From the NCBI RefSeq assembly GCF_009914755.1, contig NC_060933.1: a stretch of DNA of 64,000 nt. One strand, 5' to 3'. Below, in pieces: positions 11,286-24,234 of this stretch. The translations under genes and the position numbers were made by a program. The notes under the pieces were generated by a model that saw nothing but the letters and a program-made list of their open reading frames with translations, searched no databases and had not been told where the DNA came from. This DNA comes from the human T2T-CHM13v2.0 reference genome, Homo sapiens. Position 1 is the first letter of the stretch; each line of letters begins with the position of its first letter.

Positions 11286-13247
11286 CTATTCGTTCCTTTG
11301 CTTCTTTTTCTTTCTGAGTAGATCAGATTAATGCAGAGCATTGTTTTTGGCAAGTTGTTGAAAACAGCTACTTCTGTATAATGATGCTGAGATTCACTAG
11401 GTCTTTAATACTGTGAACAGGGATACTCACGAAAGTTATAGAGAGGCTATATGAATTAGAGCAGGATTGTTTCTTAAAATATTCTTCTCATTTTTCTTCC
11501 TCTTAGACAAGAAAAGGAAAATGACCCCATAGAATAAAAATGTATTCTGATTTCCCTACCTCTCCTTTAATTTTATTTATTTGTTCATTTCTTTCATGTC
11601 AAATTATTTATTTATTTATTTTCGGCAGACTAGAGAACTTGAATCAGAGCTTTAGAGAACAGAGCAAATTGCTGTCTTCATTCTCCATCCTGGGCCAGTC
11701 TGATAGTTTCCTCGAGGCAGATCTCCTTTGTGATGGTCTCCTGTAAATCAAGCACAGGGATGCAGTTGCATGGGTCAGCATGTAAAATAACATGCTGTCC
11801 GCATAGAACGCGATGTGCAAAGTACCAGCGTAACTTGACATCCATGCCCCTTTAACACCTGTTTCCATAGCTACACTGTAATCCAGACATTTGAGAGGCA
11901 GACTTGCCTCTGCCAGGCCTGTCATTTCGGGGAAATAAATTAAGAAAGCTGATGACAAGGCCTGGATTATACAATTTCTTTAAAGTACAAAGCAGACCTG
12001 AAATCTAACCAGGAACGAACAGAGTTCAGATAAAATGGATAAAATCCATTTCCGGTAACCTTTGTAAGAAAATTTGAATGCAGCCTCCTTTATACATTTT
12101 GTTCCCCGACTCCCAGAAGCAGCATCATATGTTACACCTGGCAGCCGTATTTGTGGCACCATATTTTTCTTATTTTTAAGCGGTGCTACCATATTTTTTA
12201 AAACGAAAGTTTGGAAAAAATAAACAGATGGGAAGATACTGGTGGAGGGGGGACATGGTGCAAAGAGAAAAAGAGAGAAAGATGGAGTTAGGCAAGTGCT
12301 AAAGGGCAGAGCGTCAGTATCAGACACTGAGATATTTGCATATTCACAATATGTTTCTGGCCCAGAGCACGTTTTTCTGGCGTTCTGTATGTATTTCTAG
12401 GTCTCTATATTTATCCATGTCTCTGGCTACATATGTAAGACTAACTTTAGAGGTGGTGTGTTTGCTGGATGCTTTGCAGTGGTACTTGAAGAATTTCATG
12501 TTAAATATGCACTGGCAGCAGGAATGAGCTGCTCTCACATAGGAAGGGAAATAGGAGGGAGGTGGGGACCCCAGCCATGGTTCTGCAGCGTGCTGGCCAG
12601 CTGGAGACAGGGCCTTTCAACACTATTTTCATCAAGTGGTTCTGAGCCAGTTCATTTATTTTTGGATTCTCCTTAATTCCAAATCAAAGCAGGTGATACT
12701 AAAATCAGACTATGCTGCATGAGAACAACTACCCTCCTCCAAAAGACCCTCACCATGCTATTTTTCACCTCGTGGAATCCAGGTAATGCTTGCTTGCTTG
12801 AGTGCATTTATCTCCTTATTTAGTATGCAGGGGAGAAGGCTGTTTTGGAAGCAAAGAAGGTAAAGAGAGACTGAGTTTGAAGAAGGGGTTATTACAAGGA
12901 TATGTGCTCTCCCAGGGACATGGCACTCGCCATTACGGGAATGTTCTCATCACTAGTTGCTTTATTTTAATGTCCTTTTCTTCATGCTCATGGCCATCCC
13001 AGGTAAAACTGATGACTCAGCCTGATTATTATTTTTGGATCATCAGTAAAATTTACTTTTGACTCAATATATTAAAAACTTGTCGGATCGCGTACAATAT
13101 TAAACATTGCCTTTTAGTGATGTTCTAAATTTAGTATTTTATTTAAAATTGCTTTACAAGAGAAAATTTGCCAGTGGGTTTGCTCTGATTAGGTGAATCT
13201 CTTTTCTATATTGAAAAACAGAAGATAAAATTTATGAAGTAAAATTA

Positions 13248-13324
13248 TTAGGCTGGTGCAAAAGCAATTGTGTGTTTTTGACATTAAAAGTAATGGCAAA
13301 ACCTCAATTAGTTCTGCAAACTAA
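13248..13324. mobile_element. MADE1 (Hsmar1-derived MITE)
   Basis: ttaggctggtgcaaaagcaattg...taatggcaaaacctcaattagttctgcaaactaa; ~77-bp imperfect palindrome with TA on the left flank. Confidence 0.9.
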
Positions 13325-13367
13325 CACATGAAAACTGAAGAAAACCATATATTATTAACTTGAGGTG

Positions 13368-13520
13368 ATGTGTGTGTGTATGCATATATATATACATATA
13401 TACATGTATGCATATATATATACATATATACACGTATGCATATATATATACATATATACACATATGCATATATGTACATATATATACACACACATACGTA
13501 TATAGTATATGCACACACAT
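13368..13520. repeat. (TG)/(TA)/(CA) alternating purine-pyrimidine tract with a 28-bp higher-order period
   Basis: TGCA recurs at 13381, 13409, 13437 and 13465. Confidence 0.9.
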
Positions 13521-14076
13521 TTAGTTTTTTTTGTTCATACTAAAGTTTTATTTACCTTAATATGAACAAAAACAATGAACTTTAAGTTAATATAATGGAG
13601 GTAATATTTTGAAATGTTTTATTGTGCCTTAGTCCTTTGCTTTTGCAGTTATAAGCTCTTAATTCATTCCACCCAAAGCATCCGTCTGCACAGGGACTGT
13701 GGATAGAACATGACGGATGATATTCAACGTACAACCTACGACTATGCAGTGAGAAAAAAACCTGTAAGACAGGCTATTGACCTGAAAGAAGACTTTCTAT
13801 TCCAGTCTAGAGAGCTACTTCTTTAGCCCCTGATGTCGCTGACAGGCTTACCTGCCTTAGGGAGTAAATTTTGATATAGTGGCAGTGTAAATAATGTGAT
13901 CCCCCTTCCAGACTCAGGCAATGGTAGGAAGGAGAAGAAAGAAAGAAGAAAGAAGTGAAGATAAGTGAGTTCTGAGTTTCATCTTTTCTGGCTTTCCTCC
14001 AGTCTTATCTTGTAGGCTCTACCATCCATTCTGAATCTGAGATGCCACCATATCAAAGTCTCATGGTGGCAGAGAA

Positions 14077-14623
14077 TGTGCTGAGGGTCCCCAAGACCAC
14101 TTCCAGTTTCAGGGATTTGCTAGGAGGACTCACAGGGCTCAGCTTGTGGTTGCACTCACGGTTATGGTTTATTACAGTGAAAGGATACAAAGTAAAATCA
14201 GCAAAGAAAAAAAGGGCCTGGAACAAAGTTTGGTGGAACCAGACCCAAGCTTCTAAGAATCTCTCTTGGTGGACTCTCATTGGATGTACTTGATTCTCAT
14301 GGCAACGAGGTGTGACAACACGTGTAAAATGTTGTTTACCAGGAAGCTCATTAGAAACCCAGTGCCCAGAGTTTTTACTGGGAGCTGATCATGAAGGTAT
14401 CCTCTTCCTGGCAGTTGCCAAATTCCAGGCTCCCAGAAGGAAAACAGGTCTTCAGCAAAAACCACATCGTTTGCACAATAGTTGAGAGACAGTGATCCGT
14501 TCTTATTAGTTAATATGGTGGAAATCCTCCCAAAATCCAAGTCCTAGACACTAGCCATGGGATAACCTTGTAAGCAGGCCTAAGGCTAGCAGTCTCAGGC
14601 TTGCTGTGACTCTTTTCTGCATA
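14077..14623 (-). mobile_element. MER68-like ERVL LTR
   Basis: tgtgctgagggtccccaagaccac...aagcaggcctaaggctagcagtctcaggcttgctgtgactcttttctgcata matches both recalled MER68 termini. Confidence 0.8.
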
Positions 14624-15275
14624 GAGGGTAATCAGGCAGAGAGGCTCTGGGATAGGCTTTCCTGGCAGCCTTCAGTTGTCAAGTGGTATAAGTGCTGTAT
14701 TAAATGATCATGGGATTGCTGTGGAGTCTGCTGTGAAATGAGATTGATTGTGCAAGACAGGCTGGGATGGGTGGGGATCACTGGTCCAGGTGGACAACAC
14801 AGCAGTTAGGATCTGTAGCCAGCAGGAGTAAGGGGGGGACCAAGTTGTCCAGGGAATACCATCTAGAACCTTTCCCAAGGAAAGGCTGAACATTACCTAG
14901 CAGACAGTTTAGGTTACAGATCATTGCTTTAAGCCAAAATGCATACTCAATATATTTTATCTCCTACTCACCAGTGTGTAGTCATTTGGGGCAACAAATC
15001 CAGGTTAGAGACTGAATAAAGAAATCACATTTCCCCCCACATCTGCATTGTGATGTGACTTAAATTCTGTGCCTTTACTGTACTAGTAATTTTTATTTAA
15101 TTTGTGAGAAAGGGTACTAAAGATATTTTCCATTTCACTATCCTAAAGCCCTTTTCCCCTTTTAGATATCTGCCAAAACTAAGGGCATTTTGCCACTAGG
15201 TGATGGTACTTTCCAATGTGCTTTAAATTCAAAGTCCAAGATACATCCAAATACAAAGCTCTTTTAAAGCCACTA

Positions 15276-15816
15276 CGTGATAGTCTTCAAAAATGGCTGC
15301 CCACAATCCTATACCTCCCTTACCCCCACTAAGGTAAGGAGTCCTGATTCATCTAGTTCTCCTTCCGTGAAAACTGGGTAGGCCCTTGTGATTTGCTTTG
15401 ATCGATACAATGCAGCAGGAATCCATAGTGTAACAGTCCTGAGCTGTCTGTTAGAAGCCTGACAGCTTCCTCTTTTTCTCTTGGGAAGTCTGCTGCCATG
15501 TAAGAAATCCAACCACCCCTGAGACCACCGGGCTGTGACTATGTCCAGTTATATATTTGGCAAGGCCATGGGGAGGAGTACTTAAAGCCCTGCCAACAGG
15601 AAGAAGCAACGCCCCAGACCTGTGACCCCAGCGGAGCTGTCCACCAGGTTCCCAGCCATCTGCGTCATCCCAGCTAAGACTCCAGCTTTCGTGGAGCAGA
15701 GACACTCTTGCTATGCAAATTCCTGCTCTACGGATTCACAAGCAAATGAAATGGCTGTTATTTTAAATCATTAAGTTTGGGGGTAGTTTGTTATGCAGCA
15801 ATAGATAACTGAAACA
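15276..15816 (+). mobile_element. MLT1H/G-like MaLR LTR
   Basis: aaaatggctgcccacaatcc...ttaagtttgggggtagtttgttatgcagcaatagataactgaaaca. Confidence 0.85.
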
Positions 15817-16147
15817 CAGAAATTTGCATTTTATTTGCCGATAAAACTAAAAAGGTAATCTTCTAAAAAAACACAAATGTTCTTTATCACCTATATGAAA
15901 AAGCTTTAACTTATGCTTTTGGAGCCAAATTATCCTTTAAGTAGCCTAAGTTTACCAAATCTTTAAGTCCTTTTCACATTAAAACGTCTTAGGGCTTTTG
16001 ACAGTACAGAGCAGGGAATGCTAAAATTTAGTGTCTGTTTTTGGAAGTAGGCAGTAGAAAATTTAGCATTAATTCTGTTACTCAGAAATCATTAACTATG
16101 TTAACTGCTTTGGTTAATTGGTTACTGATTTTTGCCTAAGAAAACAT

Positions 16148-16260
16148 TTTTTACTTTTCATTATACAATTTTTCAAAAATATACAAGATAGGAAATTAGT
16201 ATAAGGAACCCCCCTGCCACGAACCCTTCAGTCGACATCAATGATCAACATTCTGTCATT
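16148..16260 (-). mobile_element. L1MC4/5-type 3' fragment
   Basis: ttttcaaaaatatacaagataggaaattagtataaggaacccc...caatgatcaacattctgtcatt. Confidence 0.55.
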
Positions 16261-18221
16261 CTTCTGAGAAATCAATCTTATGATCATCCTTTTCATGTAG
16301 ATTTCCTCCTAGGCACTTTTGTCTGAACCACGTGGCACAAATTGGCAGAGAACAAGGAAAAGAAGAACAGAGGAAGGAGAAAAGGAGAAAAGTCATTCTG
16401 CTGAAAACGTAAGAATCTCTTTTTTCATTCTCTTTAATCAGATGACTTATTTCTCCACTTAGCACTCTAGTTAGTGAATCAAGGAATATTGACTCCAAAA
16501 CTGAAATAAAGTGATTAGCCTCACTAAATCCCTAGCAATAACTGCAGTTCAGACTTTAATAAGTGCCTCTGATATAAACCCTTCCAGAAATTATTTCTCA
16601 AAGGGCATCCTCTTGCAGAAAGGTTTAAACAAAATTTAAACAAGATTTTGAACATAGATTTACAATAGTTTCATGACAAAAGCTATGGTTTAAAATGTTT
16701 TAGAGTTGCTGTGGGTTTTCGACTGAGGACATAGTGTGTTATACATTAGCTGTTTAATGTGTTCAGTTGTTGAATCCAAAATTGCTTGGAAGGTTTAAAC
16801 GTTGGCAGCCTTGAAAACAAACACTAGTCCGTGTTCCCAGAGCCTAAATGAAATCAAAGCAAACCTAATCATTTTCTTTCATATGACTAATAAAGATGTG
16901 AAAAAACAAGCTTCAGTTTTACATTTGAGCAGTAATCTTCTTAATTACATCTGGGTTACAAAATGCAAGGCTATGGTTCTTCTCCATAGTTGTAAAATGA
17001 AAGCTGAACGTTTATGTATTCCTTCTTCTGCATCATGTGACCAGGGTGGGCCTCATAAGAAGAAGGCAATGGGCCAACAGGAAATTTAATAGAGACCCTG
17101 TTTCTCTTTCTTTATTTGTTGAGGGTGGGCGGGGGGAGGTGGAAATCTTTGTCAGAGTTGTATTTATCTTGGGGTCAGAGTGTTCTCTCTCAGTTTATGA
17201 ATATGTGGTGGGACAAAATGAAAGTGTAGATTAGATAAATATAAGTAGGTAAAAATAGGAATTTGCTGATAGAAGGCTGCTGAGCATTTTGGCAGGCCTA
17301 ATGGTTTTGGAAAGCTTTTTGTAAGGCCGAGCTGATTTTGTTTGCTTCTAAAACAATGATAGGCCCTGAGTGTTGAGCTGTAAGATACCTGCTTTTATAG
17401 GTATTTCCCCATTGAGGTAAATTAATTGTATATTTCTTTTTGAAGGTTCTTAAAAAATTAAATTCTGTTGGACACACAGAGAGCACCATGAATATCAGCA
17501 CACTCAGATGTCATAAGTTTCTTAATTAGGGTTTGCAAAGAACATCACGCTAAAAGAGGAATATCTGAATGAAAGTTTTGATTAACTTTTCTCTAGTGAG
17601 TCTTGTTGCTATATTGCTACATATGCTTAGATTTTTTATACAATGGTCAATGTCTTAGTTGTTTTATATGTGAAATAGAGCTAATAAAACCTGTACTATC
17701 TACCTGATATTGTTCAAAAAAATTAAATGACATTAACCAGTGGCTTGAAAACAGGTTGAAAAAGTTCAAGTAGAGGATGAAAACCTGATTGTGAACATTA
17801 GTGTTATTTATAGAGTGCTATGTCATGCAGAATAGAGGTTAGGAAGGGGAGTTTCAAAGAAACATGGCAGATGTTACTATTAATATAAACAAGATTGTAA
17901 TTCTTAAGTAAATAATTTGTTTCCAAGACTAGGAAAATAGATAAAAATGAAATAAATACATGGATTTTATCATTATTCTTTCCTTGCTATTAACATTCAT
18001 TGGTAGATCAGTAGGTATTTGGTCTTTATTCAAAGAATATATGTGCATTGTGTGCAAACTTACACATACACATTGATTTTCTAGCAACTGGTAGAGTCTG
18101 ATAACACTAAGTACAACAATCTAAATGGACATCATTGATGTAAAAAGTTAGAAAAAGAGTTCTATAAAGGACTGAGCTCTACTAGGGGAAATATGTCACT
18201 ACAAGAACTTGCTTAACCTTC

Positions 18222-18620
18222 TGTTTCTGTTTTCTATTGCTGCATAATGAACCACCCCAAAATTTAGTAGCCTAAAACAATAACTATTTTAGTGCTATCA
18301 TTCTGAGTGAGGAATCATGGCTGGGAGCAGTGGGGACTGGCTCATTTCTGCTTCACATGGTGTGAACCAAAGCAGCTCAGCTGGGCTTGAGGATCCAAGG
18401 TGGCCTCACTCACAGGTCTGGGATTCAGTGCTGGCTGCTGGCTGGGGCTCTTCAGTCCTTCTCTGCCTGGCTTCTCTCTCATCCTCCAGGGGACTCTCTT
18501 CACATGGCCTCTCCTCCAGCATGATAGCAGGTCTTTACATGATGGCCAGGGTCCAAAGGGCAAAATGGAAGCTGCAAGATCTCTGCAGACCTGGATCCAG
18601 AACTGAGAACAGCAAGTACC
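18222..18620 (-). mobile_element. MLT1H-like MaLR LTR
   Basis: ttctattgctgcataatgaaccaccccaaaatttagtagcctaaaacaataac...ggatccaaggtggcctcactcaca. Confidence 0.8.
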
Positions 18621-18624
18621 TATC

Positions 18625-18725
18625 TCTTGGCCTCCTGTGATGTGAGAAAAACAAACTCCTAAATATTCAAACTATTCTGGCGGGGTATTCTGTTAGGTGG
18701 AGTTATGTTATCATTCCTGTCTGCT
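18625..18725 (+). mobile_element. MLT1J/K-like LTR 3' fragment
   Basis: tgtgagaaaaacaaactcctaaatattcaaactattctggcggggtattctgtta. Confidence 0.45.
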
Positions 18726-19959
18726 CCAACACCAAAGCCTGGCTTGTCTGGAGACTGAGCCTTTCTTCCTCTGCCCTCTGTGTTGTTTAGTGTCAAACAC
18801 CAAGGCTTTCCTCAGGTAGCCAGTACTATCACTGTGTGGATTATTGTTTTAAATAAGAATGGTGAGCATTTCACCATTTTATTTGCTTTGTTTTGGGTTA
18901 AACCCTTGTTAATAAGAACATTTAATTAAACAGAACATTTATGTTGCCCTGAGAAATACAGTTTTTCTAGGTGAATTTGGTGAGAGGCGACTGCCTTGTG
19001 AATTTCAAAAAGGATGCTGCAGAGAAGGAAATGGTACAGGAAGAAGAATTAACTGGTAACAACAAGCATTAATATTCATGACAGCCCTCCAAAGAACCTT
19101 AAAGAAAAGGGAGACAGCCAAAGCTAATGGATTATTTTCATAAACCTTTACCTCAATAAATAGTTGTAGAGAATTAATCTAGCATCAGTATGATCATAAG
19201 ATTCTAATCATACACTCTTCCTCAAATGTCATAGCTGAGAACAGAAGTAAACCATACCTTATACTTGAATACTTGTTAGCTAAATCACATCTTAGCTGGA
19301 CTGCATGAAATCTGATAGATTGCAAAGTAGCAGATGTGTGGACTGAAAATCAGAAGACAGAAATCAGCTACTTCACTATAGCCTGCCCTTTCCAAGGCTT
19401 CTGAACTTTGAAAGGGATGCTGATTAATTATTAGAAAATTGATTCAAGGACACGAGAACTTAAAAACGCAACAACAGATCACATGAAAATGGCTATTATC
19501 TTTGTGACAGAAAGGGTCCTTTCCATGGCTTACTGTGTCTGAAGGTAATCTGCTGAAGGGAAGCTACAGAGTAAGGCACAGGAGGGAAAAAGCCAGATGT
19601 CATTAAAAAGGTCAGTCCAGCGAGGCCTTCTAACCTTGAGCTTCATCCTTTCTCCCTTTCTTTCTCTCCCTTCTCCTCCCCTTCATGGGGATCGGCCACT
19701 CTTGGTGTTTTTCCTCAAGTGAACATAAAAATGGGTCCAAATCATCTAGTCTTGTTAGACTGGTCCATAGATTTCTAGCCATGAGGGCCTCTTTATTCCA
19801 GAGCTGTGTAATAAGCTGAAATCCTAGATCATTTACTCCACAGAGGACCTAGGGGACTGCATTCAAAAGACAAAAACTCATGTTGTGAACACCACTGAAG
19901 AGAAACACCCTCTCTGTTGACTGGTCACACTTTCCATTCGTGATCACAGATGGGCACAC

Positions 19960-21170
19960 AGTGCTATTTTTTTCTTAGCCTTCGGTGTTGGTTTCTCCTC
20001 ACCTTCCTGACTGCTCAAATGTTTTGGTGCTCTAGGACTTCGGAGGAGCCCTCTTGCCTTCGCGCTTTCCTTGGGTGAATACTTCTAGGTCTGTAACTTT
20101 AAATATCTATCTATATGATAATAACTTCCAAATTCATATCTCCCAACCAGATTTCTCCCATAAATTCTGGGCTCCTAGATCTACATGCTACTTGACATCT
20201 TCTTTTAAATGTTGATAGGCATCTTAAACTCAACATATTTTTAAAAGTCTTGATGAATGGCCCATCTCCATCAACACACAAACACACACACACACACACA
20301 CACACACATCCCTTCCTTTTCTAGGACTTCCTGTATCAGTAAAGGCGCCCTCCCACCTGCACTTACTCAATTGTTCAAGCCAAATAGCTAGAAGACATTT
20401 CTTATTTTTCTCTTTTACTTTCCCCAAAATTGATTCTATCAGCATGTCAAGGCAATTCAATCTCTAAAACATATCTGGAATCTATCTTATTCTCCCGCAT
20501 TTTTACTATTAACACCTTAGTCTAAGTCTGTAAGCCACCATTGCAAATGGATTAAGCCACTCTCTTGCTAACTGTTTTCCTTCCTTCTTTTTCTGACTAC
20601 AGTTGATTCCCCAAACAGGAGTGGAAGCAGTCTTCTTAAGAATGTAAATCTGATCATGCCACTCCTCTGCATAAAACCATCCAATACCTTCTCAGACACA
20701 TAGAATAAAATCTCATTGCTTAAAGCCCTGCATGATCTGGTCCTGCCTGTCTCACCCACTGATCCTACAGCCCCTCTTGCCTTCTGAGTGTGTTTCCAAC
20801 CCATAGCCCTTTATCTCTCCCTCAAGCACATCAAGTTCGCTCCTGCCTTTGATCTTTTGCATCTGCCATCCTTTTTTGCCTGGAATATCTTTCCCTCAGA
20901 ACATTTTATGGATGGATTTTTCTTGTCATCTAGTTGTCATTTCAGATGCTGTCTCTTCAGACTGTCCCTTTCCAAGCACCAATTGCATCACTCTTTTTTA
21001 TTTTCTTCATGGCACTTCCATTGTGTGATATTGTTTATGGAATATCTCTCCTGGTAAATTGTGAGCTTCTGAAACAGGGACCATACTTGTTTACTTCTCT
21101 ACTGAATCTCCCATACCTAGAATAATGTTTGGCACATACTGCTTTTTCAGTAAATATCTGTTCAATGTAA
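19960..21170 (+). mobile_element. L2a LINE, ~1.2 kb 3' portion
   Basis: acttgacatcttc...aggcatcttaaactcaacat...aatgtaaatctgatcatgccactcctctg...tggcacatac...gtaaatatctgttcaatg. Confidence 0.85.
20274..20308. repeat. (CA)n microsatellite inside L2
   Basis: ~13 perfect AC units at 20282-20307. Confidence 0.95.
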
Positions 21171-22424
21171 GATTTCAGACTGGGCACCTAGATGTTCAAA
21201 GCCTAATCCTCAGGTGAGTGAACATATGAGTGATGCATGACATTTGATGATACTGCTCCTAGAAAGGACTCTTCTCCTCCATACCCCAAATCCACCCCAC
21301 TCTATTTGGATGAGTTTGTCGTCTTGGGATTTTATATGCCAAAATATATATATATATATTTGGGCCTAGTAAGATTCCAAAGCAAGGAAGGGGTATTTTC
21401 TTTTTTTTTTTTTCTAAATCAAATATTTGTCCAAACATATTTCAATAGGTATTGGTATTTTTACTTTATTGGAGAGAATTATTTTCAGGACAGAAAATGT
21501 TCTTTCTACATTTATTTCAGGCATAGGATTCTATAAGTCTATTTTTCTTACATTGCATTTTCTTTACTTAAATATGGAGGAGTTACCAACAGTGTTCACA
21601 TAAACTGTCTTCTATACTTAGTGGAGTCAAAGGCTAAGCGGGTGTCTTGACTTGACTTGTCTTCCAGATTTCTGCAGACATACAAGAGCAGAAGTCATTT
21701 TTATGGTCAAATTTGTTTCCATTTCTTTTGAACTATGCGACATGTTTTTCCTATTTGTTAATGGTGACCTTTAAGCATTTTGCCATTGCAAAAACAATGC
21801 GTAGTTTTATTTATTTATTTAATTCCTGGTGATAAGCCATCATAACTCCATTTAAAAAAACATTCCTATTTGGAAAATTTAATGCAAATTCAAATTTAGA
21901 CTAGCAAGATACATCAAATCACATGTCATTGTTGAACTGAAAAGTTGACTAGTCTGATATTTTGTCTCCAAAGAATATTTTTAAAAATGTAAATTAATTG
22001 ATTTATTCTGCACAGCACAATAAAAATGATAAATCTGTGTGAGATTAGAGTCTACCACAGATTCTGATTTGCTTATATAATGGAAACTATTTTAATTGAC
22101 ATATTTATTTAAAAATCAGGAATTTGTATCTATTTAAAAACTAAAAATCGGGCAGTTTATAAACACCATGTGTAAGTACATATATATACACACATATAAA
22201 ATATTACTCAGACTTATTTTTATGTTTTTTCCCAATGTTATAAATAATTTGCCAGAAATCTTTAAGACTTTTTAATTGAGTAGCAATTTTTGTTTTTTCA
22301 GGTAACAGTACTGGCACTAGGAATGGGTCAAAAATTTTAAAATACTGTCTAAATATGATTGTTGTTACCAAGTAATTTTTGTTCTTGGGTGTTGTCCTTT
22401 TATCTAAAGTAGCATAAAATATGG

Positions 22425-22940
22425 GAAAGCAGTACAGATTGGTATCAGAATACATGATGTCTTGGAAAGAGAATGAAAGAGAGATTCTAAGTGTTCTGGT
22501 TCTGGTTCTAGGACTCACTAATCATCTGTATTTATAGATAAGCTATACTCCTTTGGGTCTCAGAATTTCCAAACATGTTTTTCAGTAAACTCGTCTGAAG
22601 GATATTCATATGCATTTCACTAAGAAATATTTCAATAATCAAAACATTGCGGATATGTTATATAATATCCTGGTGTAGTCTTGAAAATTCATTAGGAATA
22701 TTATCATATTAAAGCATTAAAAATACAAGAAAAACTAGTCTGATGTTAAAAACTTGGCATTTCCCGAATATTGTTACTCACAGAACTTTCATTTCTTTTT
22801 TTTTCTTCTCAAATCTTTAAAAATTTTTCTCAGAACACCTATCAAATCTTGCAAATCAAGTGTGCTGTAGTAACCCAGCTTAGGTGAGGTCATACTACAA
22901 GATTCTTAAGGTTCTTTCAAACCCCAACCGTCTATGTTTC
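22425..22940 (+). mobile_element. MIR interrupted by a MER112-like hAT-Charlie element (~22565-22890)
   Basis: MIR core ctttgggtctcag and MIR3-like end ttaaggttctttcaaaccccaa flank a block with catattaaagc...gcatttcccgaatattg...gaacacctatc. Confidence 0.5.
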
Positions 22941-23755
22941 TTTATATCAAAATGATAAAACTAATAGCTCAGAGGAAGCAAGAGACCAAACTTTCAGAAT
23001 TACCCTGTATTTATTCTCATAATGTAATATAATCAGTCAATAAAATGTAGAACTTTCTCTTATCACCCATGTCAACCAAAAATCTAAAGGCCTAGAATTT
23101 ACATCTACTTAAGGCTTGTTTAAAAAATCTCATTACATAAAACATGCAGAAAGACCTAAGTAAGTGATAAGCCTGAGAATATTTACTATGTTTCCTGCTT
23201 GTTAGATTTGATGTCCTCCTTTGGTGCCTCAAATAATGTTTTTGCTATCACGATGCTTTGGAGAGGAAAGAGAAGAAGAATGATCACTTAAAATCAAACC
23301 TTGGGGACAGTTTCATTGGAAAAAAAGGGCCATGAGAAACAAGCACCAGCTTTCTGCTTGTATCATAGTAGAATTGCCATGGATCCATTTGAATCGACAA
23401 TGCACAAGCGATGCAATCATTTGTGGTGCCATAGTGTTTACCTTCTCGGCTTAGTTCCCTTGAAGAAATTAATGAGCCATCTTTATGTTTCAGGCCCTAG
23501 GCCAGGCACTGGAAATATGCATGAGTAAAACATCGTCCCAACACCCCATGATAAATGTTCTGATGGGTAAATGTGCAGGATATTAGAAAAATCCAAATGC
23601 AGTGTGAGTATGCATAATCTAGGAAGAGAAAATACAAGAGAAATACAGTACAACAAGAACACCAAAGTAAATGAAGGAAAACCTCTAAGGTGGAAGCTGA
23701 GAAAAATTATTGGTCCTAGAAGGAAATGGGGCCAGAAGACATGGGACATAGTTGC

Positions 23756-24165
23756 TGCTATGGTTTGGATATTTATCCCCCCAAAACCTCATGTTGAAAT
23801 TTGATCCCCAATGCTGGAGGTGGAGCCTAATGGGAGGTGTTTGGGCCACAAGGACAGATCCTTCATGAATTGCTTGGTGCTGTCCTGCTGTCCTGGTGGT
23901 AAAGAGTTCTTGCTCTATTAGTTTCTGTGAGAGCTGATTATGAAAAAGAGCCTGGCACCTCTCCCATCTCTCGTTCTCTCTCTGGCCATGTGATCTCTGC
24001 ACATGCTGGCTTTCCCTTCACCGTCTGCCATGAGTGGAAGCAGCCTGAGGCTTTCACCAGATGGCCAATCGTCCAGCAAGCAGAATTATGAGCCAAATAA
24101 ATCTTTTTTCTTTGTAAAAACCAGTCTCAGGTATTTCTTTATAGCAATACACATGGACTAAGACA
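23756..24165 (+). mobile_element. MSTB-type solo LTR
   Basis: tgctatggtttggatatttatcccccc...atagcaatacacatggactaagaca; TSD GTTGC at 23751-23755 and 24166-24170. Confidence 0.92.
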
Positions 24166-24234
24166 GTTGCCACAGAAAAAAGAGCCAGGAAGAGCAAGTC
24201 TCAGTAGTTAATGGATCTCATTTCAAAGAAATTT

